Assembly: GCA_963769005.1 (NCBI GenBank) | Contig: CAVYKC010000003.1 | Coordinates: forward strand, 60,559-124,558 | Direction of reading: 5' to 3' | Length of the DNA stretch: 64,000 nucleotides | From: an uncultured Actinomycetota bacterium | GTDB taxonomy: Bacteria > Actinomycetota > Actinomycetes > Actinomycetales > Microbacteriaceae | Shown: piece by piece, positions 50,282 to 60,546 of the stretch | Layout of the letters: every line of letters starts with the position of its first letter | Numbering within the stretch: position 1 is the first letter of the stretch | Made by a program: the position numbers and the translations under genes | The notes under the pieces: model-generated | What the model saw: the letters and a program-made list of their open reading frames with translations, nothing else | What the model was told of the DNA's origin: nothing | Databases searched by the model: none

Positions 50282-51280
50282 ATGACCAAGCCTGCCGCAG
50301 CACAGCGCCAGGCGGCCCTCGTCTACAACCCGGTCAAGGTCGACGAGAAACGATTGCGCACGCTGCTCCGCGACCTGTCGAAGCAGGCCGGCTGGGCCCA
50401 CCCCGCCTTCTATCCGACGACGATCGAAGACGCCGGTCAGGGGGCGACGGCGCAGGCGCTCGCCCGTGACGTCGATGTGGTGCTCGTCGCCGGCGGCGAC
50501 GGGACGGTCCGCGCTGTGGCGGAGGCGATCAGCGGCACCGGCGTGCCACTGGCGATCCTGCCCAGCGGCACCGGCAACCTTCTCGCCCGCAACCTCGGCT
50601 TGCCCCTCGGCGACCCCGCCGAGATGATCAGGGCGGCACTCGGCGACTTCACGCACCCGATCGACGTCTGCTGGGCGGCGCTCACCCGCATGGACGGCGA
50701 GACCTCCGAGCACGTCTTCGTCGTGCTGGCCGGCATCGGGCTGGATGCCGACATGATCGCGAACACCCGTTCCGATCTGAAGAAGTCCGTCGGCTGGATC
50801 GCCTACGTCGACGGCGCCGCGCGCTCCCTCGCCGGAGCGAAGCCGTTCCGTGCGATGTATCAGATCGACGACGGCCGCCTGCACACGACCAAGGTGCACA
50901 GCATCCTGTTCGCCAACTGCGGCACCCTCCCCGCCGGGATCGCGCTCATCCCGGATGCCTCGATCGCCGATGGCATCATGGATATCGCCGTCATCCAGCC
51001 CACCGGAGTGCTCGGCTGGCTGGGCGTCTGGCGCAAGATCTGGTGGGACAACTCCGTGCTCCGGCGATTCCGCGCCGGCCGGCTCGTGCTGCAGCGGCGC
51101 GGCAAGGACGCATCCGTGCACTACCTGCGCGGTCTGAGCGCCGAGGTGGCAGGGAACGGGCCGACCCCCATCGAGCTCGACGGCGACGAGTTCGGGCTGG
51201 CGATCCGCATCCGCTGCCGCGTCGAGCCGAAGGCGCTCCTGCTGGCGCTGCCCGCCGGACACCCTGTCGACGCGCTTTGA
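50282..51280 (+). CDS. Diacylglycerol kinase family lipid kinase
   Basis: VYNP, AGGDGTV, LPSGTGNLLARNL, LDGDE. Confidence 0.9.
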   Translation: MTKPAAAQRQAALVYNPVKVDEKRLRTLLRDLSKQAGWAHPAFYPTTIEDAGQGATAQALARDVDVVLVAGGDGTVRAVAEAISGTGVPLAILPSGTGNLLARNLGLPLGDPAEMIRAALGDFTHPIDVCWAALTRMDGETSEHVFVVLAGIGLDADMIANTRSDLKKSVGWIAYVDGAARSLAGAKPFRAMYQIDDGRLHTTKVHSILFANCGTLPAGIALIPDASIADGIMDIAVIQPTGVLGWLGVWRKIWWDNSVLRRFRAGRLVLQRRGKDASVHYLRGLSAEVAGNGPTPIELDGDEFGLAIRIRCRVEPKALLLALPAGHPVDAL

Positions 51281-51290
51281 CCCTCGGGCG

Positions 51291-52022
51291 TCAACCGCCC
51301 ATGACGGTCACGATGCCGTCGAGGTTGCCTCCGACGAGCGTGAGGGTGAAGCCCTCCTCCTCGACGGCGTCGTCACCGAAGCTGATCAGGGTCGCTCGCG
51401 GCGCCATGTCCATCGTGCAGATCTGGTCCGCATCGGTGGTGAAGGTCACGGTGCCGGCATCGCCTGCGCCCTCGACCGCTTCGACGACCGGCGGGCAGCC
51501 GGACGAGCCCCAGGTGAGCAGCACGAGTCCGCCGTCGCCGACCCAGCCTGCGGAAGGCAGGTAGTCCGTCGGCGTTCCGGTCACGCCCGCCAGCGCGGGG
51601 TCGCCGTCGATATCCACGTCGTCGACGACGTCGCCGTAGGTGACGTTCAGCGTGATGTCCTGTGTCGGGTCGACGCCCTCGGGCAGCGCCCCGACGCTCG
51701 CGCGGGGAGCCATGTCGCGGGTGCAGACCTGGTCGGCTTCGTCGTCCAGGAGCGTGACCGTGACGTTCTGTCCCTCGGCCGTGACGGTGTCGACGGCCGG
51801 CACGCAGGTGGACGATCCCCAGGTGACGACGGCGAACATGCGCCCGCCGTCCAGGAGCGTGCCTTCGATATCGCCGAAGTCGTCATCCGGCGAGCTCGAC
51901 GGCTGCGTCGTAGCCGTGCTGGTCGGCGTGGCCGAACCGGGTGTCGCCGTGCAGCCGGCGATGAGCAGCGCCGTGACGGCGAGAGCGGAGAGTGCGGTGG
52001 CGAGGCGCAGAGGCGAAGTCAT
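51291..52022 (-). CDS. Lipoprotein with two tandem Cys-pair domains
   Basis: LLIAGC lipobox; repeats TWGSSxC...CTxDMAPRA twice. Confidence 0.8.
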   Translation of the reverse strand: MTSPLRLATALSALAVTALLIAGCTATPGSATPTSTATTQPSSSPDDDFGDIEGTLLDGGRMFAVVTWGSSTCVPAVDTVTAEGQNVTVTLLDDEADQVCTRDMAPRASVGALPEGVDPTQDITLNVTYGDVVDDVDIDGDPALAGVTGTPTDYLPSAGWVGDGGLVLLTWGSSGCPPVVEAVEGAGDAGTVTFTTDADQICTMDMAPRATLISFGDDAVEEEGFTLTLVGGNLDGIVTVMGG

Positions 52023-52041
52023 GCCCCCAGGGTACCCTCGC

Positions 52042-53502
52042 TCATTGCAATGCCGAGGTGAGCCGGGCCAGGTTGTCGAGCACGGTGGAGCGCAGCGGCT
52101 GCTGCATCCACTCCTCCAGCGTCAGCTCGCGGCTCAGCGCACGGTAGCGGTCCTCGACCACCCGCATCCCGGTGACGAACTCCGCGCCGCGCACCAGCAT
52201 CGACACCTCGAGGTTCAAGCCGAACGAGCGCATGTCCATGTTGCTCGAGCCGATGACCGCTGTCTCGTCGTCGATGGTGAGGCTCTTGGTGTGCAGGATG
52301 TACGGCTGGCGGTACATCCAGATGCGCACCCCGGCCCTCAGCAATGCCTCGTAGTAGCTGCGCTGCGCATGGTAGACGACCGCTTGGTCGCCCTCCTCGG
52401 AGACGAACAGCTCGACGGCGACGCCGCGATCGCATGCCGCGGACACCGCGATCAACAGCGCCTCGTCGGGCACGAAGTACGGACTCACGATCATGATCCG
52501 CTGCTTGGCCGCGTAGAGCAGGCCGAGGAAGAGACGCAGGTTGTTCTCGGTCTCGAACCCTGGTCCCGACGGCACGATCTGGCAGTCCAGGTCGCCGGTG
52601 CCGGTCTCGACCTTCGTGATGTCGAGGTCAGCGAGAACCTCTCCGGTCTCGCTGTACCAGTCGGAGAGGAAGACGGCGTTGACGCTGGCGACGACCGGGC
52701 CGTCGACGCGCACCATCAGATCGACCCAGTGCAGGCCGCGCTTGATGTTCTTGGGCAAGTTGTACGTCGAGTCGGTGACGTTCTGCGAACCCAGGAACCC
52801 CACGCGTCCGTCGACCACGAGGAGCTTGCGGTGGTTGCGCAGGTCGGGGCGCTGCATCCGTCCCTTCAGAGGCTGAACCGGGAGCATGAGATGCCAGCGC
52901 GCGCCCATCGCGTCGAGTCGCGCGATGGTCTTCCTGTAGCGCGGCTTCCATCGATTCGCCCAGTGGTCCAGCAGCACGCGCACCGGGATGCCTCTCGCCG
53001 CGACCTCTTCCAGCGCACGGAAGAAGTTGTCGGTGGCGGCATCCGTCTGCAGGATGTAGAACTCCACGTGCACATAGGTCTCGGCCCGGCGGATGGCGTC
53101 GGCCATCGCATCCAGCGACTCCTGGTAGTCCGAGATCAGCCGGGCGCCGTTGTCGCCCGACAGCGGCAGCGCGCCCATGTTCTGATTCATCTGAACGAGA
53201 GCCTGGAACCACTCCGGAGCATTCGGACGCAGGGTGCCGAAGTGCAGGTTCTCGCTCGTCTCCTTGATGTACTCGTTGATCTGGTCCTGCTTGCGACGAC
53301 GCGCACGCGGCAGTCGCGGGTTTCCGATCAACAGGAACAGGAACACGCCGACGTACGGGATGAAGAAGATCGCGAGCAGCCAGGCCATCGCAGATGTGGG
53401 CCGGCGATTGCGCGGGATGACGATGATCGCCGTGACGCGGATGGCGATGTCGAGGATCAGCAGGAAGGCGATGACCCACCACGGCCAGGCCTCCGGAATC
53501 AT
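52042..53502 (-). CDS. cls: Cardiolipin synthase
   Basis: PLDc N-term WLL.IF.IP, RNHRKLLVVDG, LHTKSLTIDD (two HKD motifs). Confidence 0.92.
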   Translation of the reverse strand: MIPEAWPWWVIAFLLILDIAIRVTAIIVIPRNRRPTSAMAWLLAIFFIPYVGVFLFLLIGNPRLPRARRRKQDQINEYIKETSENLHFGTLRPNAPEWFQALVQMNQNMGALPLSGDNGARLISDYQESLDAMADAIRRAETYVHVEFYILQTDAATDNFFRALEEVAARGIPVRVLLDHWANRWKPRYRKTIARLDAMGARWHLMLPVQPLKGRMQRPDLRNHRKLLVVDGRVGFLGSQNVTDSTYNLPKNIKRGLHWVDLMVRVDGPVVASVNAVFLSDWYSETGEVLADLDITKVETGTGDLDCQIVPSGPGFETENNLRLFLGLLYAAKQRIMIVSPYFVPDEALLIAVSAACDRGVAVELFVSEEGDQAVVYHAQRSYYEALLRAGVRIWMYRQPYILHTKSLTIDDETAVIGSSNMDMRSFGLNLEVSMLVRGAEFVTGMRVVEDRYRALSRELTLEEWMQQPLRSTVLDNLARLTSALQ

Positions 53503-53595
53503 CGCGTCCCCTCGACCTCTCCTCGCCACGACGGCGGTCGCCACGGTGTCGCGCCATACGCGGCGCTTCGCTTCACAGTAGCGGATGCCAGGGCG

Positions 53596-53769
53596 TCAGA
53601 GACGGGGCGGAAGGCCGCGCGCGGCCCGTTCTTCGGCCTCGATCTGCGCGTGCACCTTGCGTTCGGTGCGGTCGAAGCGCAGGATGCCGCGGATCACCAT
53701 GAAGAAGACGGCGCTCACACCGATCGTCGGCAGGATCGACCATGCCGCAGCGAGCCAGAAGTTCTCCAT
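53596..53769 (-). CDS. Small single-TM protein, 57 aa
   Basis: MENFWLAAAWSILPTIGVSAVFFMVIRGILRFDRTERK...; TACCAT-N6-ATG. Confidence 0.75.
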   Translation of the reverse strand: MENFWLAAAWSILPTIGVSAVFFMVIRGILRFDRTERKVHAQIEAEERAARGLPPRL

Positions 53770-53893
53770 AGCTCCATGGTACGCGGCCGCGCGCGGCCTC
53801 GACTCCTCCTGCACAATCGGGGCTTCCTCGAGAATCCATCCACATCGGGCCTTTAGGACCCCACGCGACGATGTGGCCGAGCACACTCTCGTG

Positions 53894-55003
53894 ATGACCA
53901 CAGTTCTCACAGCCTCAGGCTCCGCCGAGTTCCTCGGCCTCGTCCCTGCCCTCGCCGGATTCACCCCGCATGAGAGCATCGTCCTGCTTCCGTTCCGAGG
54001 CAAACGCGCCCATGGCGCGATGCGCCTCGACCTTCCCTCCGATGACGTCGACCTCGACCGATACGTCGAGACGGCCATCGCACTGGTCTCCCGCGTGACG
54101 GCGACGGATGCGGTCGCCGTCGTCGTCTACACCGACGAGCGCGCCCTGGCGACGCGTGACGGGCTCGTGCTCCCGGCCGCTGTGGCCGTCGACGACCTTC
54201 TCGACTGCGCGGAAGACGTCGGGCTGCGCATCGTCGACGCGCTCTGCGTGACTCCGGAAGGGTGGGCGAGCTATCTGGATGCCGAGCCCGCACTCGCCCC
54301 GCTCGGGGAGATCCCTGCGCCACCGGCTGCCGCCCGCCCGGGGGACATCGCCGGCGACCAGTTGGCCGGCGCCGAGCTTCCGCGCATCGACCTGGCCGAG
54401 AAGGAGCGGGTCGGCACAGCCCTCCGCGGTCTCAACGAGGTTCTCGCCCACGATGCCGCCGGCCGGCTGACCGGTGGCGAGCATCCCCAGGCGCTCGCCG
54501 CCGCTGTACTCCTCGACGACATCCCGGCCTTCTTCGAGATGCTCCTGGCTGAGCCGGACACCCTCCCCCCGTTCGCGACCGCTGCGCTGCTGTGGTGCCT
54601 GGATCGACCGATCTTCCGCGACGTGGCGCTCACCCAGTGGGCGACCGACGTGGGTCACGGCATCGGCATCCTCGAGGCTCAGCTCGCCTACTCGCACAGC
54701 GGCACGGCGATCCCGGACGACCTCGGCGCGGTGTTCCTCGGGCAGGGGCCGAAGCCCGACCCCGCCCGCCTGGGGCGCGCGCTCACCATAGCCCGCCACG
54801 CGGCCGCACGGGCACCGCGGGACTCGCGACCGGGCCCGCTCACCGCCGCGGCCTGGCTATCCTGGGCGCTCGGCCGCTCCAGCCATGCCGCGCACTACCT
54901 CGACCTGGTGCGCGAGATCGATCCCGAGTACGGGCTCGCGGCGCTTCTCGAGCTCGATGATCAGCGCCGCCATGCTGCCGGCGTGGGCGTTCCAGCGCGG
55001 TGA
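53894..55003 (+). CDS. DUF4192 family protein (possible +1 indel near 54948; natural end may be 55016)
   Basis: LGLVPALAGFTPHESIVL, AAWLSWALGRSSHA; alternative frame gives SMISAAMLPAWAF. Confidence 0.78.
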   Translation: MTTVLTASGSAEFLGLVPALAGFTPHESIVLLPFRGKRAHGAMRLDLPSDDVDLDRYVETAIALVSRVTATDAVAVVVYTDERALATRDGLVLPAAVAVDDLLDCAEDVGLRIVDALCVTPEGWASYLDAEPALAPLGEIPAPPAAARPGDIAGDQLAGAELPRIDLAEKERVGTALRGLNEVLAHDAAGRLTGGEHPQALAAAVLLDDIPAFFEMLLAEPDTLPPFATAALLWCLDRPIFRDVALTQWATDVGHGIGILEAQLAYSHSGTAIPDDLGAVFLGQGPKPDPARLGRALTIARHAAARAPRDSRPGPLTAAAWLSWALGRSSHAAHYLDLVREIDPEYGLAALLELDDQRRHAAGVGVPAR

Positions 55004-55008
55004 GGCTG

Positions 55009-56559
55009 TTACTTGACGAGCGGGAAGAGGATGGTCTCGCGGATGCCGAGGCCGGTGATCGCCATCAGCAGCCGGTCGATGCCCATGCCCATGCCACCGG
55101 ACGGCGGCATCCCGTGCTCGAGAGCCCGCAGGAACTCATCGTCGACGGGCATCGCCTCGACGTCACCGCGCGCAGCGAGCTTCGCCTGCTCGACGAATCG
55201 TTCGCGCTGTATGACGGGGTCGACGAGCTCCGAGTATCCGGTGGCGAGCTCGAAGCCGCGGATGTACAGGTCCCACTTCTCCACGACGCCGGCGATCGAG
55301 CGGTGCTCGCGCACGAGAGGCGAGGTGTCGACGGGGAAGTCCATCACGAAGGTGGGGCGCACGAGATCGCCCTTCACGAAGTGCTCCCAGAGTTCTTCGA
55401 CGAGCTTGCCGTGGGTGGGGTGCGGCGGCAGGTCTACACCGGATGCCTCGGCGAACGCGATGAGATCGGCGACGTCGTCCTGCGGGGTGACGGTGCGGCC
55501 GGATGCGGCGGACAGCGACTCGTACATCGAGAGGCGATCCCACTCGCCTCCCAGGTCGTACTCGGTGCCGTCGGCCCAAGTCACAGTCGTCGAGCCGGTC
55601 ACCGCGACGGCCGCCTGCTGCACGAGCTCCTGCGTGAGCTGGGCCATCTGGTTGTAGTCGCCGTACGCCTGATAGGCCTCGAGCATCGCGAACTCGGGGC
55701 TGTGGGTGGAGTCGGCGCCCTCATTGCGGAAGTTCCGGTTGATCTCGTACACCCGCTCGATGCCGCCCACGACGGCGCGCTTGAGGTACAGCTCCGGTGC
55801 GATGCGCAGATACAGCTCGGTGTCGAAGGCGTTCGAGTGGGTGATGAACGGCCGGGCGGATGCTCCGCCGTGCTGCACCTGCAGCATCGGCGTCTCCACC
55901 TCGAGGTAGTCGTGGCCGGTGAACGTCGCACGCAGGCTGGCGTTGACCGCGGCGCGAGCGCGAACGGTGGTCCTGGCCTGCTCGCGGACGATGAGGTCGA
56001 GATAGCGGCTGCGCACCCGGCCCTCGTCGCTGAGCTCGGAGTAGGCGTTCGGCAGCGGGAGGATCGCCTTCGACGCGATCGTCCAGGCGTCGGCCATGAT
56101 CGACAGCTCACCGCGGCGGCTGGAGATGACCTCGCCGTGCACGAACACGTGGTCGCCGAGGTCGACGAGCGCCTTCCAGTCGGCGAGGGACTCCTCGCCG
56201 ACGTTCGCGAGCGAGATCATCGCCTGGATGCGCGAGCCGTCGCCGGCCTGCAACGTCGCGAAGCAGAGCTTGCCCGTGTTGCGGCTGAACACGATGCGGC
56301 CGGCGACGCCGACGATGAGGCCCGTCGCGGTGTCGGCCTCGAGCTCGCCGTACTCGGCGCGCAGAGCCGGGATCGTGTGCGTCACGGGAACAGCCACGGG
56401 GAACGCCCCGCCGCCGGCATCCGTCCGCTGCGCGATCAGGCGCTCGCGCTTCGCCAGGCGCACCGCCTTCTGCTCGAAGACGTCGTCCTCGAGTTGGGTC
56501 CCTGAGCCCGTCGAAGGGTCGGCGGGGTTCTCAGCGGGCGCGGCAGACGCGTCAGTCAT
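55009..56559 (-). CDS. lysS: Lysine--tRNA ligase (class II)
   Basis: GKLCFATL, RSRYLDL, YLRIAPELYLKR, FRNEG.D.THSPEF, GMGIDRL. Confidence 0.97.
   Translation of the reverse strand: MTDASAAPAENPADPSTGSGTQLEDDVFEQKAVRLAKRERLIAQRTDAGGGAFPVAVPVTHTIPALRAEYGELEADTATGLIVGVAGRIVFSRNTGKLCFATLQAGDGSRIQAMISLANVGEESLADWKALVDLGDHVFVHGEVISSRRGELSIMADAWTIASKAILPLPNAYSELSDEGRVRSRYLDLIVREQARTTVRARAAVNASLRATFTGHDYLEVETPMLQVQHGGASARPFITHSNAFDTELYLRIAPELYLKRAVVGGIERVYEINRNFRNEGADSTHSPEFAMLEAYQAYGDYNQMAQLTQELVQQAAVAVTGSTTVTWADGTEYDLGGEWDRLSMYESLSAASGRTVTPQDDVADLIAFAEASGVDLPPHPTHGKLVEELWEHFVKGDLVRPTFVMDFPVDTSPLVREHRSIAGVVEKWDLYIRGFELATGYSELVDPVIQRERFVEQAKLAARGDVEAMPVDDEFLRALEHGMPPSGGMGMGIDRLLMAITGLGIRETILFPLVK
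56497..56521 (-). repeat. PSTxSG in-frame DNA repeat, copy C (lysS N-terminus)
   Basis: GGTCCCTGAGCCCGTCGAAGGGTCG; encodes DPSTGSGT. Confidence 0.75.
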
Positions 56560-56639
56560 TCGGGGCTCCTTGGAAAGTCGGTCCCAGTTTACCGGGGCGA
56601 TCTCCGCCGACGATGGCGGCCGCTGGGTAGCCTCGGAGA

Positions 56640-58484
56640 ATGCTCGCCACACGGATGCTCCACGCCCTCGCCGCGGTCGCCGTCTCCGGCGCGGTGCTGC
56701 TCGTTCCCGCCGCTGCATCCGCCGCCGGTACGCATCACGCGGTCTCCGCAGCCTCCACCGCCGATGTCGATGACTTCTCCTACGCGTCGTGGGATGCGCA
56801 CTACGACGTCGGGCTCGACGAGGACGGACGGTCGCAGCTGCGCGTCACCGAGACCCTCGTCGCCCGTTTCCCGGACTTCGACCAGAACCGGGGCATCGTC
56901 CGCGGCCTCCCCCTCACCTATGAGAACGCGCACCTCGAGACCCGTGTGCTCTCCGTGACCGACGAGACCGGCGCGGCCGTCCCGTTCGAGACCGAGCACG
57001 AAGACGGCTTCCTCCTCATCCTCACCGGAGACGACGACTACGTGCGCGGGCTCACGACCTATGTCATCGAGTACGAGATGTCGGATGTGATCCTGCACCG
57101 CGACGACGGCCGCGCCGACGAGTTCTACTGGGACCTGCTGCCGCTGGACAGCTCCCAGGCGATCGAGTCGTTCCAGGCGGAGATCGCGTTCGTCCCTGCG
57201 ATGGCCGCGCGGCTCACGGGATCCGCACGGTGCTACACCGGTTTCTCCGGCTCCACCGAGGAGTGCACCCTGCAGGGGCCCGTCACCGAGGGCGATGCGG
57301 CCGTCTTCCGTGTCGAGTCAGGCGAGCGGGCTGCCGGGGACGGCGTGACCGTCGCGATCGGTTTCGAGCCGGGAACCGCCGCACAGCCCTCCGCGCGGGA
57401 GCCGAACACGGTGACCGACACCGTACCGGCGCTCGCGGCGGTCGGTGCGTTCGGCCTGTCGGCCGGCGGATGCCTGGCCGTGACCCTGCTGAAGCGCCGG
57501 CGCCGCACCGCGACCGGCCTGATCATCGCACAGTATGACGTCCCTGACTCGATACCGCCGCTGCTCGCGGCCGCGATCACGCCGAATGCGAAGGACCCGA
57601 TCCCCGCTGAGATCGTGCACCTCGCGGTGCACGGCGCCCTCCGCATCGAGGAGTCCGGCGACGGCGAAGAGCCCGGCATCGTCGGGCCGCCGCAACTGCG
57701 TCGCACACCCGGCGGACGGATTCCCGATCAGCTGGACGTGGAGTCGCTGGATGCGCTGTTCCTCGGGGCGGATGCCGCGGGCGTGGTGAGCCTCCCGTTG
57801 ACCGACGAGGCATTCGCCGGGCGCATGAACGGCCTCATCCAGAGCGGCAAGAGCGCGGCGACGTCGCGCGGCCTCGCCACGAAGGTGCGCAGCCGGGGGG
57901 CGGTGATCCTGCAGTGGTGCGGCATCGCCGTCGCCGCCGCCGGGCTCGGCCTGAGCCTGTGGGGTGCGATCTCCGGCCGGGTGACGGCCATCCCGGCCCT
58001 CGTCGCGATCTGCTTCGGCGCGTTCGCCGTGCTCGCTTCCAGCCTTTTCACCTTCTCGAAGCACACCGTCCTCACGCCTGAGGGAGCCGTCGTAAACGAG
58101 TACCTCCTCGGTGTGCGCGAGTTCATCCGGGTGGCTGAGGCCGACCGGTTGCAGATGCTGCAGTCGTACAGCGGCGCCGAGCGGCGGCAGGACGGCAGCG
58201 TGAACATCGTCCTGCTCTACGAGCGGCTGCTCCCTTATGCGATGCTGTTCGGCCAGGAGAAGGAGTGGGGCGACGTACTGGAAGTCGCCTACGCACAGGA
58301 GCAGCGCTCGCCGGATTGGTTCAGCGGCACGACCACCGGATATTTCGCGGCGCGACTGGCATCGTTCTCCTCCAGCACGCAGACGTCCGCGAGCTACACG
58401 GCGAGTTCATCGAGCGCCGGCGGCTCGTCCGGCGGCGGATTCTCCGGCGGAGGAGGAGGCGGAGGGTCCTCCGGCGGGCGCTGA
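56640..58484 (+). CDS. DUF2207 domain membrane protein
   Basis: Signal peptide, RGIVRGLP, FYWDLL, ERLLPYAMLFG.EKEW, Gly/Ser tail. Confidence 0.85.
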   Translation: MLATRMLHALAAVAVSGAVLLVPAAASAAGTHHAVSAASTADVDDFSYASWDAHYDVGLDEDGRSQLRVTETLVARFPDFDQNRGIVRGLPLTYENAHLETRVLSVTDETGAAVPFETEHEDGFLLILTGDDDYVRGLTTYVIEYEMSDVILHRDDGRADEFYWDLLPLDSSQAIESFQAEIAFVPAMAARLTGSARCYTGFSGSTEECTLQGPVTEGDAAVFRVESGERAAGDGVTVAIGFEPGTAAQPSAREPNTVTDTVPALAAVGAFGLSAGGCLAVTLLKRRRRTATGLIIAQYDVPDSIPPLLAAAITPNAKDPIPAEIVHLAVHGALRIEESGDGEEPGIVGPPQLRRTPGGRIPDQLDVESLDALFLGADAAGVVSLPLTDEAFAGRMNGLIQSGKSAATSRGLATKVRSRGAVILQWCGIAVAAAGLGLSLWGAISGRVTAIPALVAICFGAFAVLASSLFTFSKHTVLTPEGAVVNEYLLGVREFIRVAEADRLQMLQSYSGAERRQDGSVNIVLLYERLLPYAMLFGQEKEWGDVLEVAYAQEQRSPDWFSGTTTGYFAARLASFSSSTQTSASYTASSSSAGGSSGGGFSGGGGGGGSSGGR

Positions 58485-58524
58485 GCGCGGCACCGGCCAT
58501 GGGACTCCCGCCGCCGCACCGCGT

Positions 58525-59376
58525 TCAGTCCCGCCAGGAGTACTGCGGTTCGAAGCCGAGGAGCGCCCGCGCCTTGTCGATCGAGAGCAGCGTGTCGTTG
58601 ACACCCAGGTCGCGACGGATTTCGGAGTCGGGGAACACCGCAGCGGCCAGCTCCGCGTTGGGGCGAGACATGACCGTGTCGGCCGCGGCGATGATGTAGC
58701 GCTCGAAACCGGGCTCGCGCTGACCGCGATAGATCGCCTTCAGCACCGCCTGGGCTCCGTCTCGTCCGTCGATGTAACCCCACAGGTTCCACTTGCGCCG
58801 CAGCGGGTCTGCGTCGAACTCGGGGAACTCCGCGTAGTCCTCGGGGTCCATGACGTTGGAGAACCGCAGCGCCTGGATGGATAGGTCAGGATGCCAGCGC
58901 ACCAGCTGGATCGCGAGCTGCTCCTCGAGGTGCTTCGCCAGAGAGTAGCTCGATTCCGGGCTGGTGCAGTCCTCGTCCACGGGGATGTAGGGCGGCGGCA
59001 CGTCGAACGGGAGCCCGAGGACCGTCTCGCTCGACGCGGTGACGATCGTCCGCACCCCCGCCCTGATCGCCGCACGCAGCACGTTGTAGGTGACCGTCAT
59101 GTTGTTGTGGAACGTGGTGACGTCGGGGTGGAGACCGGGAGCGGGGATCGCCGCCAGGTGCACGACCGCGTCGAAGGGATGCGGATGCCCATCGACTCCC
59201 ATCAGTGCGTCGATCGTCTGGCCGTAGTCGCTCAGATCGACCTGCACGAACCCCGGTCCACGCTCGCCCGCCCGGTCGAGGGTCACCACCTCGTTTTCTG
59301 CAGCGCGAAGCTCCCGCACGACAGTGCGACCGAGCTTGCCGGATCCGCCGGTGACGGCGATCCTCAGGGCGCTCAT
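58525..59376 (-). CDS. NAD-dependent epimerase/dehydratase
   Basis: VTGGSGKLG, VHLAAIP, YSLAK, LRFSNV. Confidence 0.88.
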   Translation of the reverse strand: MSALRIAVTGGSGKLGRTVVRELRAAENEVVTLDRAGERGPGFVQVDLSDYGQTIDALMGVDGHPHPFDAVVHLAAIPAPGLHPDVTTFHNNMTVTYNVLRAAIRAGVRTIVTASSETVLGLPFDVPPPYIPVDEDCTSPESSYSLAKHLEEQLAIQLVRWHPDLSIQALRFSNVMDPEDYAEFPEFDADPLRRKWNLWGYIDGRDGAQAVLKAIYRGQREPGFERYIIAAADTVMSRPNAELAAAVFPDSEIRRDLGVNDTLLSIDKARALLGFEPQYSWRD

Positions 59377-60416
59377 CGTCCGCCCCCGAGCTTGCGGTGC
59401 CGCTGGGCGATGCCTGGCTCGCCGTAGGGATAGTCCTCAGTCTGAGGCGAGCTGACGGCTGTCAGCTTCTCGATCTCAGCGTCATCGAGCGCGAGTTCCA
59501 CCGCGCCGAGATTGTCGCGGAGCTGCTCCACGGTGCGGGCTCCGAGGATCACCGACGTCACCGCGGGCTGCGCGGCGAGCCAGGCGAGAGCGACCTGCGA
59601 TGCCGTCGCCCCGTGCGCCTCGGCGATGCCGGTGACCGTGTCGATGATCTGCCAGGTGCGCTCGTTCGCGTTCCGCTGCCGCCACGCCTCCATCCCGCGT
59701 TCCGGGTTCTCCCCCAGGCGGGTCGGTCCGGTCGGCGGCACATCGCGGCGGTATTTTCCGCTCAGCCAGCCTCCGCCGAGCGGCGACCAGGGCAGCAGGC
59801 CCATCCCGGCATCCAGCGCCGCCGGCACGATCTCGTGCTCGATTCCGCGCACCAGCAGGCTGTACTGCGGCTGCAGCGTGATCGGCAGGTTCCATCCGTG
59901 CCGCTCGGCGAGGGCCACCGCCTTCGTCAGCTGCCACCCGGTGAAGTTCGAGAAGCCGTAGTAGCCGATCTTCCCCTGCGTGACGGCATCCTCGAGGAAG
60001 CGCAGGGTCTCGTCGAGCGGCGTGATCGCGTCCCAGGCATGCATCTGGTACAGATCGATGTGCTCCACCCCCAGACGCCGGAGCGAGTCATCCAGCGCGG
60101 TCCGCAGGTGGCGGCGCGAGGTGCCGAGGTCGTTCGGTCCGGCACCCATCGGGAACCGGCCCTTCGTTGCGACGACCAGCTGGGCCGCCTCGCTCGGGTG
60201 CGCTGCCAGCCAGCTGCCGATGATCTCCTCGCTGCGACCTGCGCTGTACACGTCGGCCGTGTCGATGAAGTTGCCGCCGGCCGCGATATAGGCGTCGATG
60301 ATCGCGTGCGATGTCGCTTCGTCGGCCTCGGCGCCGAAGGTCATCGTGCCGAGAGCCTGCACGAAGACGACGGCGCCGCTGCGGCCGAGCGTGCGGTACG
60401 GGGCGGAAGCATTCAT
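59373..60416 (-). CDS. Aldo/keto reductase
   Basis: LGTMTFG, FIDTADVY, IDLYQMH, PWSPLGGGWLSGKY. Confidence 0.93.
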   Translation of the reverse strand: MNASAPYRTLGRSGAVVFVQALGTMTFGAEADEATSHAIIDAYIAAGGNFIDTADVYSAGRSEEIIGSWLAAHPSEAAQLVVATKGRFPMGAGPNDLGTSRRHLRTALDDSLRRLGVEHIDLYQMHAWDAITPLDETLRFLEDAVTQGKIGYYGFSNFTGWQLTKAVALAERHGWNLPITLQPQYSLLVRGIEHEIVPAALDAGMGLLPWSPLGGGWLSGKYRRDVPPTGPTRLGENPERGMEAWRQRNANERTWQIIDTVTGIAEAHGATASQVALAWLAAQPAVTSVILGARTVEQLRDNLGAVELALDDAEIEKLTAVSSPQTEDYPYGEPGIAQRHRKLGGGR

Positions 60417-60546
60417 GTGCTCGTCTCCTTGGTCAGGGCTGATTCAGTAGAAGTAGTTCAACGCTATGGCGCCCGTTGCTATCTGTCCAACAGAAGAATA
60501 TTGTGGCTCTCACAAGTAGTAGTCATGAATAACAACGGAGTCGAGC

